Part shown: piece by piece, positions 49,370-61,216 of the stretch
Layout: every line of letters starts with the position of its first letter
Numbering within the stretch: position 1 is the stretch's first letter
Position numbers and translations under genes: made by a program
Assembly (NCBI GenBank): GCA_037444485.1
Contig: JBBIMI010000001.1
Coordinates: 32,001-96,000, forward strand
DNA: 64,000 bases
Direction: 5' to 3'
DNA from: Candidatus Micrarchaeota archaeon
GTDB lineage: Archaea > Micrarchaeota > Micrarchaeia > Norongarragalinales > Norongarragalinaceae
Notes under the pieces: generated by a model
Told to the model about the DNA's origin: nothing
What the model saw: only the letters and a program-made list of their open reading frames with translations
The model's database searches: none

Positions 49370-49891
49370 ATGATTTTATCTAAGAAAGAGATTTTGAAGG
49401 CGATTAAAGCAGGCATAATAAAAATAACACCTTTTGATGAAAGTAGCGTCGGTGCGTGTTCTGTTGATTTGAAGCTTGGTTACGAATTCAAGAAATTTGT
49501 TGGTAAAAAACAAAATATTGTAATTGATTCATCTTTTGTTCGATTAAGTGAAGATTATTGGAAGAGCTTGCGTTTACAAAAAAATAAACCAATAACAATA
49601 AACCCTAAAGAGTTAGTTTTGGGAACTACTTTAGAAAGAATTAAGTTAAGTAATTCTATTTGCGCTTTTATTGACGGTCGAAGTCGTTTTGCTAGAGCTG
49701 GCTTACTTGTTCACGTCAGCTCTAGTTTGATTCAACCAAGTGTTGATAACGTTCAAGTGCTTGAAATCATTAACATGTCTTCAACCCCAATGAAGTTATT
49801 TCCAGAAACTAAGATTTGTCAAATTATTTTTCACGAGCTTAAGGGTACTGCTGAGTATTCAGGCATTTTCAAAAACCAAACAAAACCATAA
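49370..49891 (+). CDS. dcd: dCTP deaminase
   Basis: SVDLKLG, LGTTLE, GRSRFARAG, VLEI.N, ICQIIF, F..Q. Confidence 0.88.
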   Translation: MILSKKEILKAIKAGIIKITPFDESSVGACSVDLKLGYEFKKFVGKKQNIVIDSSFVRLSEDYWKSLRLQKNKPITINPKELVLGTTLERIKLSNSICAFIDGRSRFARAGLLVHVSSSLIQPSVDNVQVLEIINMSSTPMKLFPETKICQIIFHELKGTAEYSGIFKNQTKP

Positions 49892-50051
49892 AACAACAAA
49901 TTACTTAAAACATTTCATACAAATTACTTTTAAAATAGTTTTAATTGGAAGTTTATTTGGTGGAAAGTAGAAAGCCTTAATATTATTTTTAAAATTATTT
50001 TGTTTGGTTCATAAGTTTTAGTGAAAGTCCTAATAAAATTATAATTGATGT

Positions 50052-50119
50052 GGGTTGTGAGAATTATGAGTAGTGTGGGATTATAGGGTTGTGAGAATTA
50101 TGAGTAGTATAAGATTATA
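50052..50119. repeat. 34-bp-period imperfect tandem repeat (GGGTTGTGAGAATTATGAGTAGT core x2)
   Basis: Read directly; upstream of enolase. Confidence 0.8.
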
Positions 50120-50146
50120 AATAGTGGAAGTGTGGGGGGTGTGTGG

Positions 50147-51433
50147 TTGAAAATAAAATCATTTACAGCACGTCAAATACTAGACTCGCGTGGGAAACCA
50201 ACAGTAGAGGTTGAGTTGAATGGATTTAAGGCAAGCGTTGCTTCAGGTGCTTCAACAGGCTCTTTTGAAGCGTTTGAGTTGCGGGATGGCGCAAAAGCTT
50301 TTTTAGGTGATGGGGTTCTGAAAGCAGTCGCAAATACGCTTTTTATTTCACGAAAACTCACCAACAAAAACTTTTCTTCGCAACAAGAGTTCGACGAGGC
50401 GTTGCTTTCCCTCGACGGCACGCCAAACAAAAACAAACTCGGCGCTAACGCCATCCTCCCAATTTCAATCGCTTTTTCTCGCGCTTTATCAGCCGCAGAA
50501 AAAAAACCATTACGAGTTTTCCTACAAAAAGAACTTTCATGGAAAATGAAAAAAAGAGTGAAAAATACAGGGAGGGAAGCGCTTCCAATCCCTCAATTTA
50601 ATCTTATCAACGGCGGGCGGCATGCTGGAATCAAGAATGATGTTCAAGAACATTTATTGATTCCAGCCCGTGCAAAGACTTTTTCTCAAGCGCTTCAAGT
50701 AGGTGCTGAAGTTTACGGGGTTTTGAAAAAAATCTTGGTGAAAAAGTTTGGCGTTCGCGCGGCGCTTGTCGCCGACGAGGGTGGTTTCGCGCCTCCTGTT
50801 TCCAGCGTAAGTGAAAGGTTGGAATTGATTGACGCTGCAATTGAGGAAGCTGGTTGGGGTGGGGTGGCGTTTCTTGGATTGGATTGCGCCGCTTCAGAGT
50901 TTTACGAACCTCGAACAAAGGTTTATTGTGTTGGTGGAAAAAAATTTTCAGTTGGAGAATTAATTGATTTTTACGAGTCTTTATTGAAGTCATTCAAGAT
51001 AATCTCATTAGAAGATGGTTTAGCTGAAGATGATTGGAGTAGTTGGCGTGAATTGATGGCGCGTTTTGGTGGGCGGATTCAAATCGTTGGCGACGATTTG
51101 CTTGTGACGAACGTTTCAAGAATCAAGAAAGCAGTTGAATTACGCGCTGCTAATGCATTATTGTTGAAGCCTAATCAAATCGGAACTGTTTCTGAAACCC
51201 TCGCCGCTGCAGCGTTAGCTAAAGATAGTGGTTGGCAAGTGATTGTTTCGCATAGGTCTGGCGAGGTTGAAGATTGTTTTATAGCTGATCTCGCAGTAGG
51301 AATCGGCGCAAGTCAATGCAAGTTCGGCGCGCCGGCGCGAGGTGAGCGGGTGGCGAAGTACAATCAATTACTTAGGCTCGAAGAAGAAATAGGTTCGAAG
51401 AACTTCGCTCGTTTTCCCTTCAAGACACATTAA
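50147..51433 (+). CDS. eno: Enolase
   Basis: ILDSRGKPTVEV, SGASTG, DEGGFAP, VGDDL, KPNQIGT, SHRSGE, ERVAKYNQLLR. Confidence 0.95.
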   Translation: MKIKSFTARQILDSRGKPTVEVELNGFKASVASGASTGSFEAFELRDGAKAFLGDGVLKAVANTLFISRKLTNKNFSSQQEFDEALLSLDGTPNKNKLGANAILPISIAFSRALSAAEKKPLRVFLQKELSWKMKKRVKNTGREALPIPQFNLINGGRHAGIKNDVQEHLLIPARAKTFSQALQVGAEVYGVLKKILVKKFGVRAALVADEGGFAPPVSSVSERLELIDAAIEEAGWGGVAFLGLDCAASEFYEPRTKVYCVGGKKFSVGELIDFYESLLKSFKIISLEDGLAEDDWSSWRELMARFGGRIQIVGDDLLVTNVSRIKKAVELRAANALLLKPNQIGTVSETLAAAALAKDSGWQVIVSHRSGEVEDCFIADLAVGIGASQCKFGAPARGERVAKYNQLLRLEEEIGSKNFARFPFKTH

Positions 51434-51484
51434 TATATTGCTCGCAACGATACATTACTTGCAATAATAATAGTTTAGTTATTG

Positions 51485-52774
51485 TTAAGTCCGCCGCACT
51501 TGAATCGAATTCGCGTTTAAAAGCGTTATTAATTTAAAGCCAGGCATCTTCAAACCACTTTCAGCGCACGCCTTCTCGTTGAATTCGGAGCCGTTACCCG
51601 AAACGCCAACCCCGGCTACTAGAAAAGGAACCGCATCGCCTGAATGCGCTTTCAACTCACAGGGAGTCGCATGGTCTGCGGTGACGGCAACGCGCACGGT
51701 GCGCAAATCAATTTTTTTTATGAGTGGTTCAAAAAACCGAGCGCCTAATTCTTTAATGTTGTTAGTTTTTCCAACAACATCTCCGTCATGCGCAAACAAA
51801 TCTGGTCCTTTCAAGTGAACGTAAACACCTGCGTGATGCTTTAAAAGCTTCAACGTTTCTCTCACCCTACTTGCACTCGTTGCTTCCAATGCGATTTTCT
51901 TCACACGCATTCCCAACAACCAACCTATCCCTGCCTCTACCGGCATGTCTGCAAGCAAGGCCCAACCGCGCAAGCGTGCAAGCGCTTCACGCGAGATTTT
52001 AGGCGCTCGCGTTTCAGCATCCCTCAAAAGAAGACAATTCGCTTGCAGCAATCCGCGCGCAACGCGTTTTTTATTCACGTGGCTTTCTTCAAGCACTCTT
52101 TTCGCTGCAGTGCTGAATTCGTTGACTAACTGCGCGGTTTTCGCAGCAGCAGCGCTCGAATCCAGTGGCTTGCAGGCGACGATTTTAGGCGAAAATTTTT
52201 TTAATGCAACCGCTATCTTTCCACCAGCAGTACCAGCAGCGTAAGCCGGGTCGGTGTTGCTCACGTTTTTAGATAGGCCGCGCGCTTTGATTATCAACAG
52301 GCCGCGGTGTCCTACGGTCGCCTTAAATTCGAATTTCGCGTTTTTCAAACGTATTTTTCTATTTAACTCTTTTTCAAGCGCCCGTGATTCTTTTAGTGAA
52401 AGGCTTCGGCCAACGCGTCGGTCAATTATTTTATTTCCGCGGCACGTGGCAAAGTTCGCGCGTAAAGCAAGCCAGCCGTTCTTGAATTTTACGCCTGCGC
52501 CGAGCGCTTCTATAAGACCTCGTCCGACGTGAAACTTTTTCGGGTCGAATCCTAGGATAGAGAAAACGCCAGCGTCAGATTCGGGCGCGATTCCGCCGGC
52601 GATGTCAAGCAAACCAGTCACGCCGCCTCGCGCTAAAGTGTTTAAAGATGCTGGTGCAGCAGCTTCCAAAGGTGTTTTGCCGCCAAGGGCTTTGTTTGGC
52701 CGGTCTCCAAGGCCGTCCAACACTATTAACAAAATTTTTGGGTTCTTTAACTTTTTGTTTTTTAAATTTTTCAA
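51485..52774 (-). CDS. apgM: Cofactor-independent phosphoglycerate mutase (archaeal)
   Basis: LDGLGD, TPLEAA, PESD, GRG..EA.G, KGPD..AHDG, TADHATP, HSGD.VP. Confidence 0.9.
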   Translation of the reverse strand: MKNLKNKKLKNPKILLIVLDGLGDRPNKALGGKTPLEAAAPASLNTLARGGVTGLLDIAGGIAPESDAGVFSILGFDPKKFHVGRGLIEALGAGVKFKNGWLALRANFATCRGNKIIDRRVGRSLSLKESRALEKELNRKIRLKNAKFEFKATVGHRGLLIIKARGLSKNVSNTDPAYAAGTAGGKIAVALKKFSPKIVACKPLDSSAAAAKTAQLVNEFSTAAKRVLEESHVNKKRVARGLLQANCLLLRDAETRAPKISREALARLRGWALLADMPVEAGIGWLLGMRVKKIALEATSASRVRETLKLLKHHAGVYVHLKGPDLFAHDGDVVGKTNNIKELGARFFEPLIKKIDLRTVRVAVTADHATPCELKAHSGDAVPFLVAGVGVSGNGSEFNEKACAESGLKMPGFKLITLLNANSIQVRRT

Positions 52775-52912
52775 TCAAATCAACCTTTCGCTTCGTTTGT
52801 TTCAATGCATTGTTTTAAAACGAGATTATTTATATTTCGCTGTTGATAATGTTGATAAATAATTTCGTGTAATAATTCAGTGTTGTTCGTGCAACAATTG
52901 CAATAATTTGGT

Positions 52913-53323
52913 GTGGTTGCAAGTTTGAAAGAAGCAATATTGAAAGAAACAACGCAGGCTTTCTTATGCCAAAATTGTAGGTTTATTTTTTCTGAAACGG
53001 GCACCGCTGACGCGTCGGTGCGCGTTTGCCCGCGGTGCAACAGCAAGAACACAGTAAAGCAAGCTAGGCAAGCGCCGGCAGCCGACACGCAAAGCGAAAG
53101 CGCTGATAAAAAAACAGTGAGGTTAGCAACGCAACACTATAAGATTGGTTCTACGCAGCGCGTATTCGGCGAAACCAAGGAAGCTTGGAAGAGTTTCCAT
53201 TCGTCGGAAATCGCGTCTTGCCCGCATTGTGGGGGAACGCGTTTTTCGCTTGACTTTAAACACAAGGAAAAAGTTTGTTTGAATTGCGGCACTGTTCTCT
53301 CGCTCCGCAGAAAACAAGTTTAA
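52913..53323 (+). CDS. Double zinc-ribbon protein
   Basis: CQNC..CPRC and TFIIB-like CPHCGG...VCLNCGTVL. Confidence 0.7.
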   Translation: MVASLKEAILKETTQAFLCQNCRFIFSETGTADASVRVCPRCNSKNTVKQARQAPAADTQSESADKKTVRLATQHYKIGSTQRVFGETKEAWKSFHSSEIASCPHCGGTRFSLDFKHKEKVCLNCGTVLSLRRKQV

Positions 53324-53387
53324 GGCCATCCAAAATTGTCATCTCAAAAAATTTTTGAATTTTTTTTAATTCTTTCTGGTGGCGCGC

Positions 53388-53552
53388 ATGAATTTGGCTG
53401 AAGAATTGAATGCTTTTATGGCATTCGTACAAAACGCGGTGCTTTTAATCAGCGGCTTTCTTTTCGACTTGGTTTTTTCACCGCTTTCGTTAACAGTCCT
53501 TTTAGTTTGGCTCTTGCTGTTTTTCCTTTTTTCTCAAAGTTCTTTATTGTGA
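53388..53552 (+). CDS. Small hydrophobic protein (54 aa)
   Basis: MNLAEELNAFMAFVQNAVLLISGFLFDLVFSPLSLTVLLVWLLLFFLFSQSSLL; GGTGG upstream. Confidence 0.4.
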   Translation: MNLAEELNAFMAFVQNAVLLISGFLFDLVFSPLSLTVLLVWLLLFFLFSQSSLL

Positions 53553-53618
53553 TTGTTCTCGATTGTTGTGATTGTCTTTTTCGGCTGCGCAACAACATGA
53601 AATTGTTTTAGTGGTTAT

Positions 53619-54179
53619 TTGAAAAAAATCCCTGCAGTTTACGCAACGGTTGCTTTTGCATTCTTTTTAGGCGTAGCCGCATTTGCAGCACTTTCTTTTT
53701 TTCAAGATTTTTTTCAGGAATCCAAGTGTTTTGCAGCAGAGAGCGTCGCGCCTGTTTTTTCTCCTGGTTCTGCCGCCGCGCTTATCGCGTTGATTGACAA
53801 CAGCAAGAACACGATAGACGTAATGGTTTACCAGTTTTCTTACGCGAAACTGCGCGACGCGTTAGTCAATGCGGCTGCGCGGGGCGTACGCGTGCGATTG
53901 ATTCTCGAACCGAAAGTCGATTCTAATCTTGACGCTGGTGCTTTTCTCGCGGCGCGCGGAGTGGTCGTGCGGTGGGCTTCGCAAAAGTATTACAATACGC
54001 ACGCTAAATTTGCGGTTTTCGATAACGAGTGTGTTTTCGTTGGGAGCACTAACTGGTCTCGCGCCGCGTTCGAGTCGAATCGCGAGGCCGCCGTGAATGT
54101 TTGCGGCGTGCGGATAGCGTCAGAGTTCGAAAAGGTTTTTGAGAGTGACTGGGCCGAAGCGGTTAGCATTACTCAATAA
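53619..54179 (+). CDS. Phospholipase D/Nuc-like protein (single HKD motif), N-terminal membrane anchor
   Basis: HAKFAVFD...GSTNWS...NRE. Confidence 0.88.
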   Translation: MKKIPAVYATVAFAFFLGVAAFAALSFFQDFFQESKCFAAESVAPVFSPGSAAALIALIDNSKNTIDVMVYQFSYAKLRDALVNAAARGVRVRLILEPKVDSNLDAGAFLAARGVVVRWASQKYYNTHAKFAVFDNECVFVGSTNWSRAAFESNREAAVNVCGVRIASEFEKVFESDWAEAVSITQ

Positions 54180-54498
54180 CTAGTATTAATAACTAGTTGC
54201 TGGCTTTTAGCCCGCTAAACTCAGGAATTCAAGAAAAGAAACTTCAAGAAAAGAAAAACAAAATAAAAAACAATGTAAAAAACAACAAAACCAAACTACA
54301 AAAACTAAACAACAAAAACAAAAGGGGAGCGTAACAAGAGTGTTTTAGAAATTTTTTCTAAAACTTTTTTTGTTTGCCTCTCTTTTGCTTCTTTCTTTTT
54401 CCTTTTCTTTTTTTCTCTTTTTTTCATCGCGTTCGTTGCGCCGCGTCGTCTCACCCGCAGAATCAAGTGACGTGTTTTTACTTTTTTTCTTTTTAGAA

Positions 54499-54652
54499 TA
54501 GCGGGGGGAGGATTTGAACCTCCGACCTTTACCCGGAAAAAAGTTTTTTTGACTTTTTTGAAAACTTTTTCCCTCCGGGTTATGAGCCCAGCGGGCACTC
54601 CTGGCTACCCTTAGAGCACCACCAACCACAAAATCGATGTTGTTACCCCGCT
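54499..54652 (-). tRNA. Initiator tRNA-Met(CAU) with two introns (54643-54611 at 9/10; 54574-54529 at 43/44)
   Basis: Spliced 75 nt: AGCGGGG TA GGGTAGCCAGGAGTGCCC G CTGGG CTCATAA CCCGG AGGTC GGAGG TTCAAAT CCTCC CCCCGCT A; A1-U72 and three G-C anticodon-stem pairs mark the initiator. Confidence 0.9.
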
Positions 54653-54723
54653 GTAGTTTCGGAGTGCGTTTAAAGAATAAGTTGTGCGTGGTTATAATAC
54701 TTTCTGGAAATACGTTTAGACGT

Positions 54724-55302
54724 TTAATCAAACGGTCGAATTTTTGGTTGAACTTTCGAGAACGAATTTTGGGTGTTTTGCTGTGGGATTTTCTCCAAGA
54801 TTTTTTTAATAGTCTTAATGCGGGTTTCTATCTTTTTCAATTCTCGCTTGTTATCGTAAAAATTCATTTTCGACTCGCATTTCGGGCAACGGAATCGCTC
54901 TTCCATAGCGACATCGAACGGCAGCAGCGTGCAACCACGCCTGCACTTGTAAAACATCGTTTTCTCCGCTTCTAAAGTTTTTCGCGCGAGTTCCTCGTAC
55001 TCCCTCTGCTTTACAGCAATAAAATTTTGAAACGCTCGTCCAGCATCGCAACGCCAAGTGTAAGTAAACCAGCCGCTGTTTAGGTTCTTTTCGCGGTGGT
55101 ATTCGACAAGTCCGTATTTGTGCAACACGTTGAGAAGCGAGCGGATTTCAGCCATCTTGATTTTGGTTTCCCGCTCGATTTTCTCGTCGGTCGCGCCCTC
55201 CCCATTGTAAAGAGAGTTTATTATCTTCATGCCTTTGCGTCCGGAAATTTCTTGGACGTAATCGAAAAAGTGTTTCGTGAAGAAATCTAGTTTTTTCTTC
55301 AT
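54724..55302 (-). CDS. tfe: Transcription factor E (TFE alpha)
   Basis: wHTH (TDEKI, IRSLLNVL, GWFTYTW) plus Zn ribbon (C...FRCPKC). Confidence 0.9.
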   Translation of the reverse strand: MKKKLDFFTKHFFDYVQEISGRKGMKIINSLYNGEGATDEKIERETKIKMAEIRSLLNVLHKYGLVEYHREKNLNSGWFTYTWRCDAGRAFQNFIAVKQREYEELARKTLEAEKTMFYKCRRGCTLLPFDVAMEERFRCPKCESKMNFYDNKRELKKIETRIKTIKKILEKIPQQNTQNSFSKVQPKIRPFD

Positions 55303-55329
55303 GGAAATTCTTTTACAACCAACTTGTTT

Positions 55330-55887
55330 TTATATCTTGCCCTGTTTTCTCGCGCGCGGTGGTAGTTTAATAACTTTAATAACTTTTTCGCGCGGGGACG
55401 GAATTATTTTTATTCTAGCGCCGGAAAACTTTTTTCCCAATTCTCGGCCTTGAAAGAATTCGTGGAGAAAAACCGCGATTGCCGCAACTTCGGAGTGAGG
55501 TTGATTCGTGATCGAAACATTCCAATCCGCGAGCGAGTAAACTTCGCGGGGCACTTTCCCTGCACCAACAATCAACACGAGTTTTTTTTGTTTCCTTAAT
55601 TCAGGCATTGCTTGGCGCAAGGGCAAGCCGTAGAACGTCAAATGCGCTTTCTTTCCGCCAACTTTCTTCAAAACGCGTTTCCAGTTTTTTTCGTAACGCG
55701 CCTTGAATCTGCCACCCCATTTCTTCACAATTTCGCGAACGGTTTCAAGTAATTTGTCGTCGCGTTCGCCAGAAAAAATTATTTCGTCGGCGCCGAATGC
55801 CCGTGCAGCTAGAGCGCAATGCGTCGTCACCCGCTTATCGCGGGACTTGCGGTGGCCTAGACGCAGCACCACGATTTTTGTAGTCAC
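55330..55887 (-). CDS. trm56: tRNA (cytidine56-2'-O)-methyltransferase
   Basis: VLRLGHR..RDKRVTTH, HLTFYG, VGAGKVP, NQPHSEVAA. Confidence 0.93.
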   Translation of the reverse strand: MTTKIVVLRLGHRKSRDKRVTTHCALAARAFGADEIIFSGERDDKLLETVREIVKKWGGRFKARYEKNWKRVLKKVGGKKAHLTFYGLPLRQAMPELRKQKKLVLIVGAGKVPREVYSLADWNVSITNQPHSEVAAIAVFLHEFFQGRELGKKFSGARIKIIPSPREKVIKVIKLPPRARKQGKI

Positions 55888-56060
55888 GGCGCTTACCTTT
55901 CACTCTTCTTTTTTTTCATTGGTTTCATTGTTTTGTTTCGGTTTAGTGAAACAGATTTATTTTTATTTGGCGGCATTCAAGTATTTTATTTCGTTGCATT
56001 GCATTGCCTTGCGTTGTTTTGCGCGTTGCTCGCGTTGTTTTGCGCCAGCCTTACTTTTGC

Positions 56061-56188
56061 GGGCTCGTAGCTCAGCTTGGCAGAGCGACCGGCTCTTAAG
56101 CGAAAAACTAAGCGAAAAACAGCAAGCGTTGTTTTTCTCGCGGTTTCGGGAAACCGGTAGGTCGAGGGTCCGAATCCCTCCGAGCCCG
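56061..56188 (+). tRNA. tRNA-Lys(CUU) with 54-nt intron at 37/38 (56099-56152)
   Basis: GGGCTCG/CGAGCCC acceptor, GCTC/GAGC D stem, ACCGG/CCGGT anticodon stem with loop CTCTTA^A, GAGGG/CCCTC T stem. Confidence 0.9.
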
Positions 56189-56453
56189 CTCTTTAACGCC
56201 TTCCTTGAACCCTTTAAAAAGAATGGTAAGGTTTTTATTTCACTTTAACGTAAGTTTCTCTTGCGGATTCTGTGAAGGTGGGTTGAACTGGTCGCCCTGC
56301 CGGCTTCAGGATGCCGCTTCAGGCAGACTGGGTTGGCCTAATTCTTTTTAAGGCGACCAATTCTCTTTTTCATCTTTGTTTTTTCACCGCAAGGTTTTAT
56401 TTACTTCTCGCGTTTTCTTACTCAACGATTTCTTCCAGAAAGTGGTTTTTTAA

Positions 56454-57239
56454 ATGCGTTTTCCTTACGCCTCGATTATTTTGTTTTCGCTTCTTGTCGC
56501 GCCCTACTTTCTTTTTTCTGGAGGAACGCTTTACTTGCCTTCAGAGTTCTTGAACTCGCTCGCGTTGGGCGCTGGAATGTATGCGGGTTTAGTAACGCAC
56601 TTGTTCTTGCATGTGGGAATACTTCACTTGTCTGGAAATTTGGTTCCCCTAATCTTGTTTTCGCTGTTGCTGGAATCGACGCTTGCTTCGATTGACGTGC
56701 TCGCCATTTTCTTTGCGTCCGGCGTTCTCGGCGGCGCATTGTTTTCTTTCCTCAACCCATCAGCGTATTTAATTGGTGCTAGCGCTGCGGTTTCGGGTTT
56801 GATGAGTGCGGCGACGGCATTGCGGCCGCGTCAAGCGCTTGCGTTTCTCGTAGCAACTCCCTTACTCGTTTCATTCATTGTTTTTCCAATCGTTTCCTCG
56901 TTTGAACGCGCTCAAGAACGCTCGCTCGAGCAAAAGCAAGCGGCGCTTCAAGCCAACTTGAATAAGTTGATTGAAGAAAACAAGACTGCCGAGGCCGCGC
57001 GAGTGAACGCTTCGCTTCAAATAGTTGAAAAGCAAGCGATGCAGACGCAGGAGGGCCGCTTGCGCGAGGAAACAACGCCAACCGATTTTCTAGTGCATGC
57101 TTTCGGCGCGTTCGTCGGCGTGGCCTTCTTGTTTTTCTTTAGAAAGAAAAAACTAGTGGAAGGCGCGAAAGAGTTTGAAGTGTTGGGCGCTTTGCTTTTC
57201 GCTTTCTTTGAGTGGTTTAAGCGCCGCGTGCGAGTATAG
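56454..57239 (+). CDS. Rhomboid intramembrane serine protease
   Basis: HLFLH...HL.GN, IGASAAVSG (Ser), VHAFG (His). Confidence 0.85.
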   Translation: MRFPYASIILFSLLVAPYFLFSGGTLYLPSEFLNSLALGAGMYAGLVTHLFLHVGILHLSGNLVPLILFSLLLESTLASIDVLAIFFASGVLGGALFSFLNPSAYLIGASAAVSGLMSAATALRPRQALAFLVATPLLVSFIVFPIVSSFERAQERSLEQKQAALQANLNKLIEENKTAEAARVNASLQIVEKQAMQTQEGRLREETTPTDFLVHAFGAFVGVAFLFFFRKKKLVEGAKEFEVLGALLFAFFEWFKRRVRV

Positions 57240-57461
57240 CGAGTTATATGCGGCAAGCACATGCAGCGAGTATAAATACTTTTTTCGTTAAATTATTTTT
57301 GTTGATTTGTGTTGTTTCGTAGTCGCGGCCAAGCCGCCTTGCAGGGATTGCGTTTGCATGAGTTGAGTTTTTGCGTGACGCACTTAAGGCAGAGCGGCCA
57401 TGCGCCCGCCTGCAGGTGTTGTTCCTGCACTGTTGCGTGGGTGCTGGATGCAGTAAGCGGG

Positions 57462-58409
57462 TTAGGCGAGTTCGACTCTCGCTCCCTGCTTTATCGCGCT
57501 GATAACGCGCGCGTTAGCGCGCTTGGCTTGCTCTTCGTTTAAGCCTTTCGTAATCACGTTGCCGTTAGGCAGCAAAACTATCTTGCCTGGACGCGTTTTT
57601 AATTCGATGATGCGTTTTGTTTTTAAGCCGCGCACGTTGTTTTGGAAAAAGTATTCTTTGTTACCGCATAACGCGAATGCTGGCGTGGAAGCGTCGTCAG
57701 CCTCAACGATTTCCTGGTTTTTTTCGGCAATGTTTTTTTTTGTTTTTGGGCTGCGTGCACACGCGACGCACGCCAAGTTTTTTTGTAGGTTTATGGTTGT
57801 TGAAGCGCCAGTTTTCTTGTCAGCGTAAAAAAGAATTCCGGCGTAACGCGGCTTGCCTTCAAGCAAACTAATCAATTCTTCAACTTGTTTTTTCGCGGCT
57901 AAAGCGGTTGCAGTTGGAGAAATTCCTTCCACGCTGCAGCTTCGCGGCAGCGTTTGTTTTGGATTCCAGCAAGCAAAGCAAGGCGTTTTTTCTGGAATTA
58001 TTGTTGAAATCATGACTTCGCTGCGTATTGCGGCAGAGAAAATCCATGGCTTGCGCGCGCGCAAGCAGTACTCGTTCAAGACGAAGCGCGTTTGAACGTT
58101 GTCTGTGCAGTCTAGCACGATATCCGTTTTTTCAAGCAATCGCGTAACGTTCCATTGGTTTAAGTGTTCGGTGGAGGCAATCACGTTCGCGCCAGACTTC
58201 TCTAATTTTTTTTTGGCTGCTGCGGCTTTGAGAAAGCCGACGTCGCCAGCATCGAATAGTTTCTGCCTCGGCAAGTTGTTTTGTTCGATAAAGTCTCTAT
58301 CGATTAAAACAAGTTTTTGGAAGCCTGTTCTCGCTAGTTGTAATGCGGTGTTCGCGCCTATCCCGCCGACTCCGACTACTGCAACTACTGTATCCAGTGT
58401 TTTTCGCAT
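57462..58409 (-). CDS. ThiF/MoeB-family adenylyltransferase (second E1-like)
   Basis: VGVGGIG, DRD...NLPRQ, DCTDN..TR, PCFAC, SCSVEG, CVAC plus C-terminal LCG domain. Confidence 0.88.
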   Translation of the reverse strand: MRKTLDTVVAVVGVGGIGANTALQLARTGFQKLVLIDRDFIEQNNLPRQKLFDAGDVGFLKAAAAKKKLEKSGANVIASTEHLNQWNVTRLLEKTDIVLDCTDNVQTRFVLNEYCLRARKPWIFSAAIRSEVMISTIIPEKTPCFACWNPKQTLPRSCSVEGISPTATALAAKKQVEELISLLEGKPRYAGILFYADKKTGASTTINLQKNLACVACARSPKTKKNIAEKNQEIVEADDASTPAFALCGNKEYFFQNNVRGLKTKRIIELKTRPGKIVLLPNGNVITKGLNEEQAKRANARVISAIKQGARVELA

Positions 58410-58489
58410 GCCTGCACTGCTCTACGAAAGCTTTTATTAAAGAGTTTGAAAAATAATTTTTTAGTAATTTTTAGGGGCTGACACTTTAA

Positions 58490-60676
<2,187 letters not shown>

Positions 60677-60739
60677 AAAACTGGAAAACAAAACAATGAA
60701 AGCGAAACGAAGTAGTCGAAGCGGCGAAGTGAATCTGAA

Positions 60740-61171
60740 ATGAATTTAAGGATTGCTTGGAACGCGTTCATGCTTTACGTTGCAGCTGCGCTTGTGGCGT
60801 TTGGTTTAAGTGGCTTCGTGAATCAAGCGTTTGGCTGGCGCGAGTCGCTTTTGAGTGACGCGTGGAAACTCGTCGCAATCGCGGTTGGCGGAGCAATAGT
60901 CACAGGCTTTGTTTACCCGCTTCTCCGCGGCGTTAAGAAGGGCGACGTGTTAATCACTCTAACAAAACGAGTTGTCGCAGGACAAGAATTCGTTGATTAC
61001 GTTGCAGTAACTGCTTTGGAAGACGGCAGGGTCGGAAAAACAATCCGCGTCCAACTTTCAAACGGGGCGATTGCTGAAGGCGTAATCACTGCTTACGCGA
61101 GCACGTTGTCGCCTCCAACAATTAATTTGGCTTGGGTGCAACAGAACGAGTCAGCAATCTCGTTCAAGTAA
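60740..61171 (+). CDS. Hypothetical membrane protein
   Basis: Two TM segments plus a beta-rich C-terminal domain. Confidence 0.65.
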   Translation: MNLRIAWNAFMLYVAAALVAFGLSGFVNQAFGWRESLLSDAWKLVAIAVGGAIVTGFVYPLLRGVKKGDVLITLTKRVVAGQEFVDYVAVTALEDGRVGKTIRVQLSNGAIAEGVITAYASTLSPPTINLAWVQQNESAISFK

Positions 61172-61216
61172 CGCGGGCGAGGTACGCAGCTGGTACGTGG
61201 GCGAGGTACGCGGGAA

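Noticed and set aside
50052..50119. Possible mini-CRISPR (23-bp repeat x2)
   Set aside because: The spacer is only 11 nt and is itself part of the tandem unit; only two copies and no cas operon.
56263..56390. tRNA-Sec (contains CTTCAG)
   Set aside because: No T-arm or acceptor stem could be folded.
57309..57542. ORF beginning with pilin-like RGQAAL
   Set aside because: No hydrophobic helix follows and it overlaps the ThiF gene; at most a remnant.
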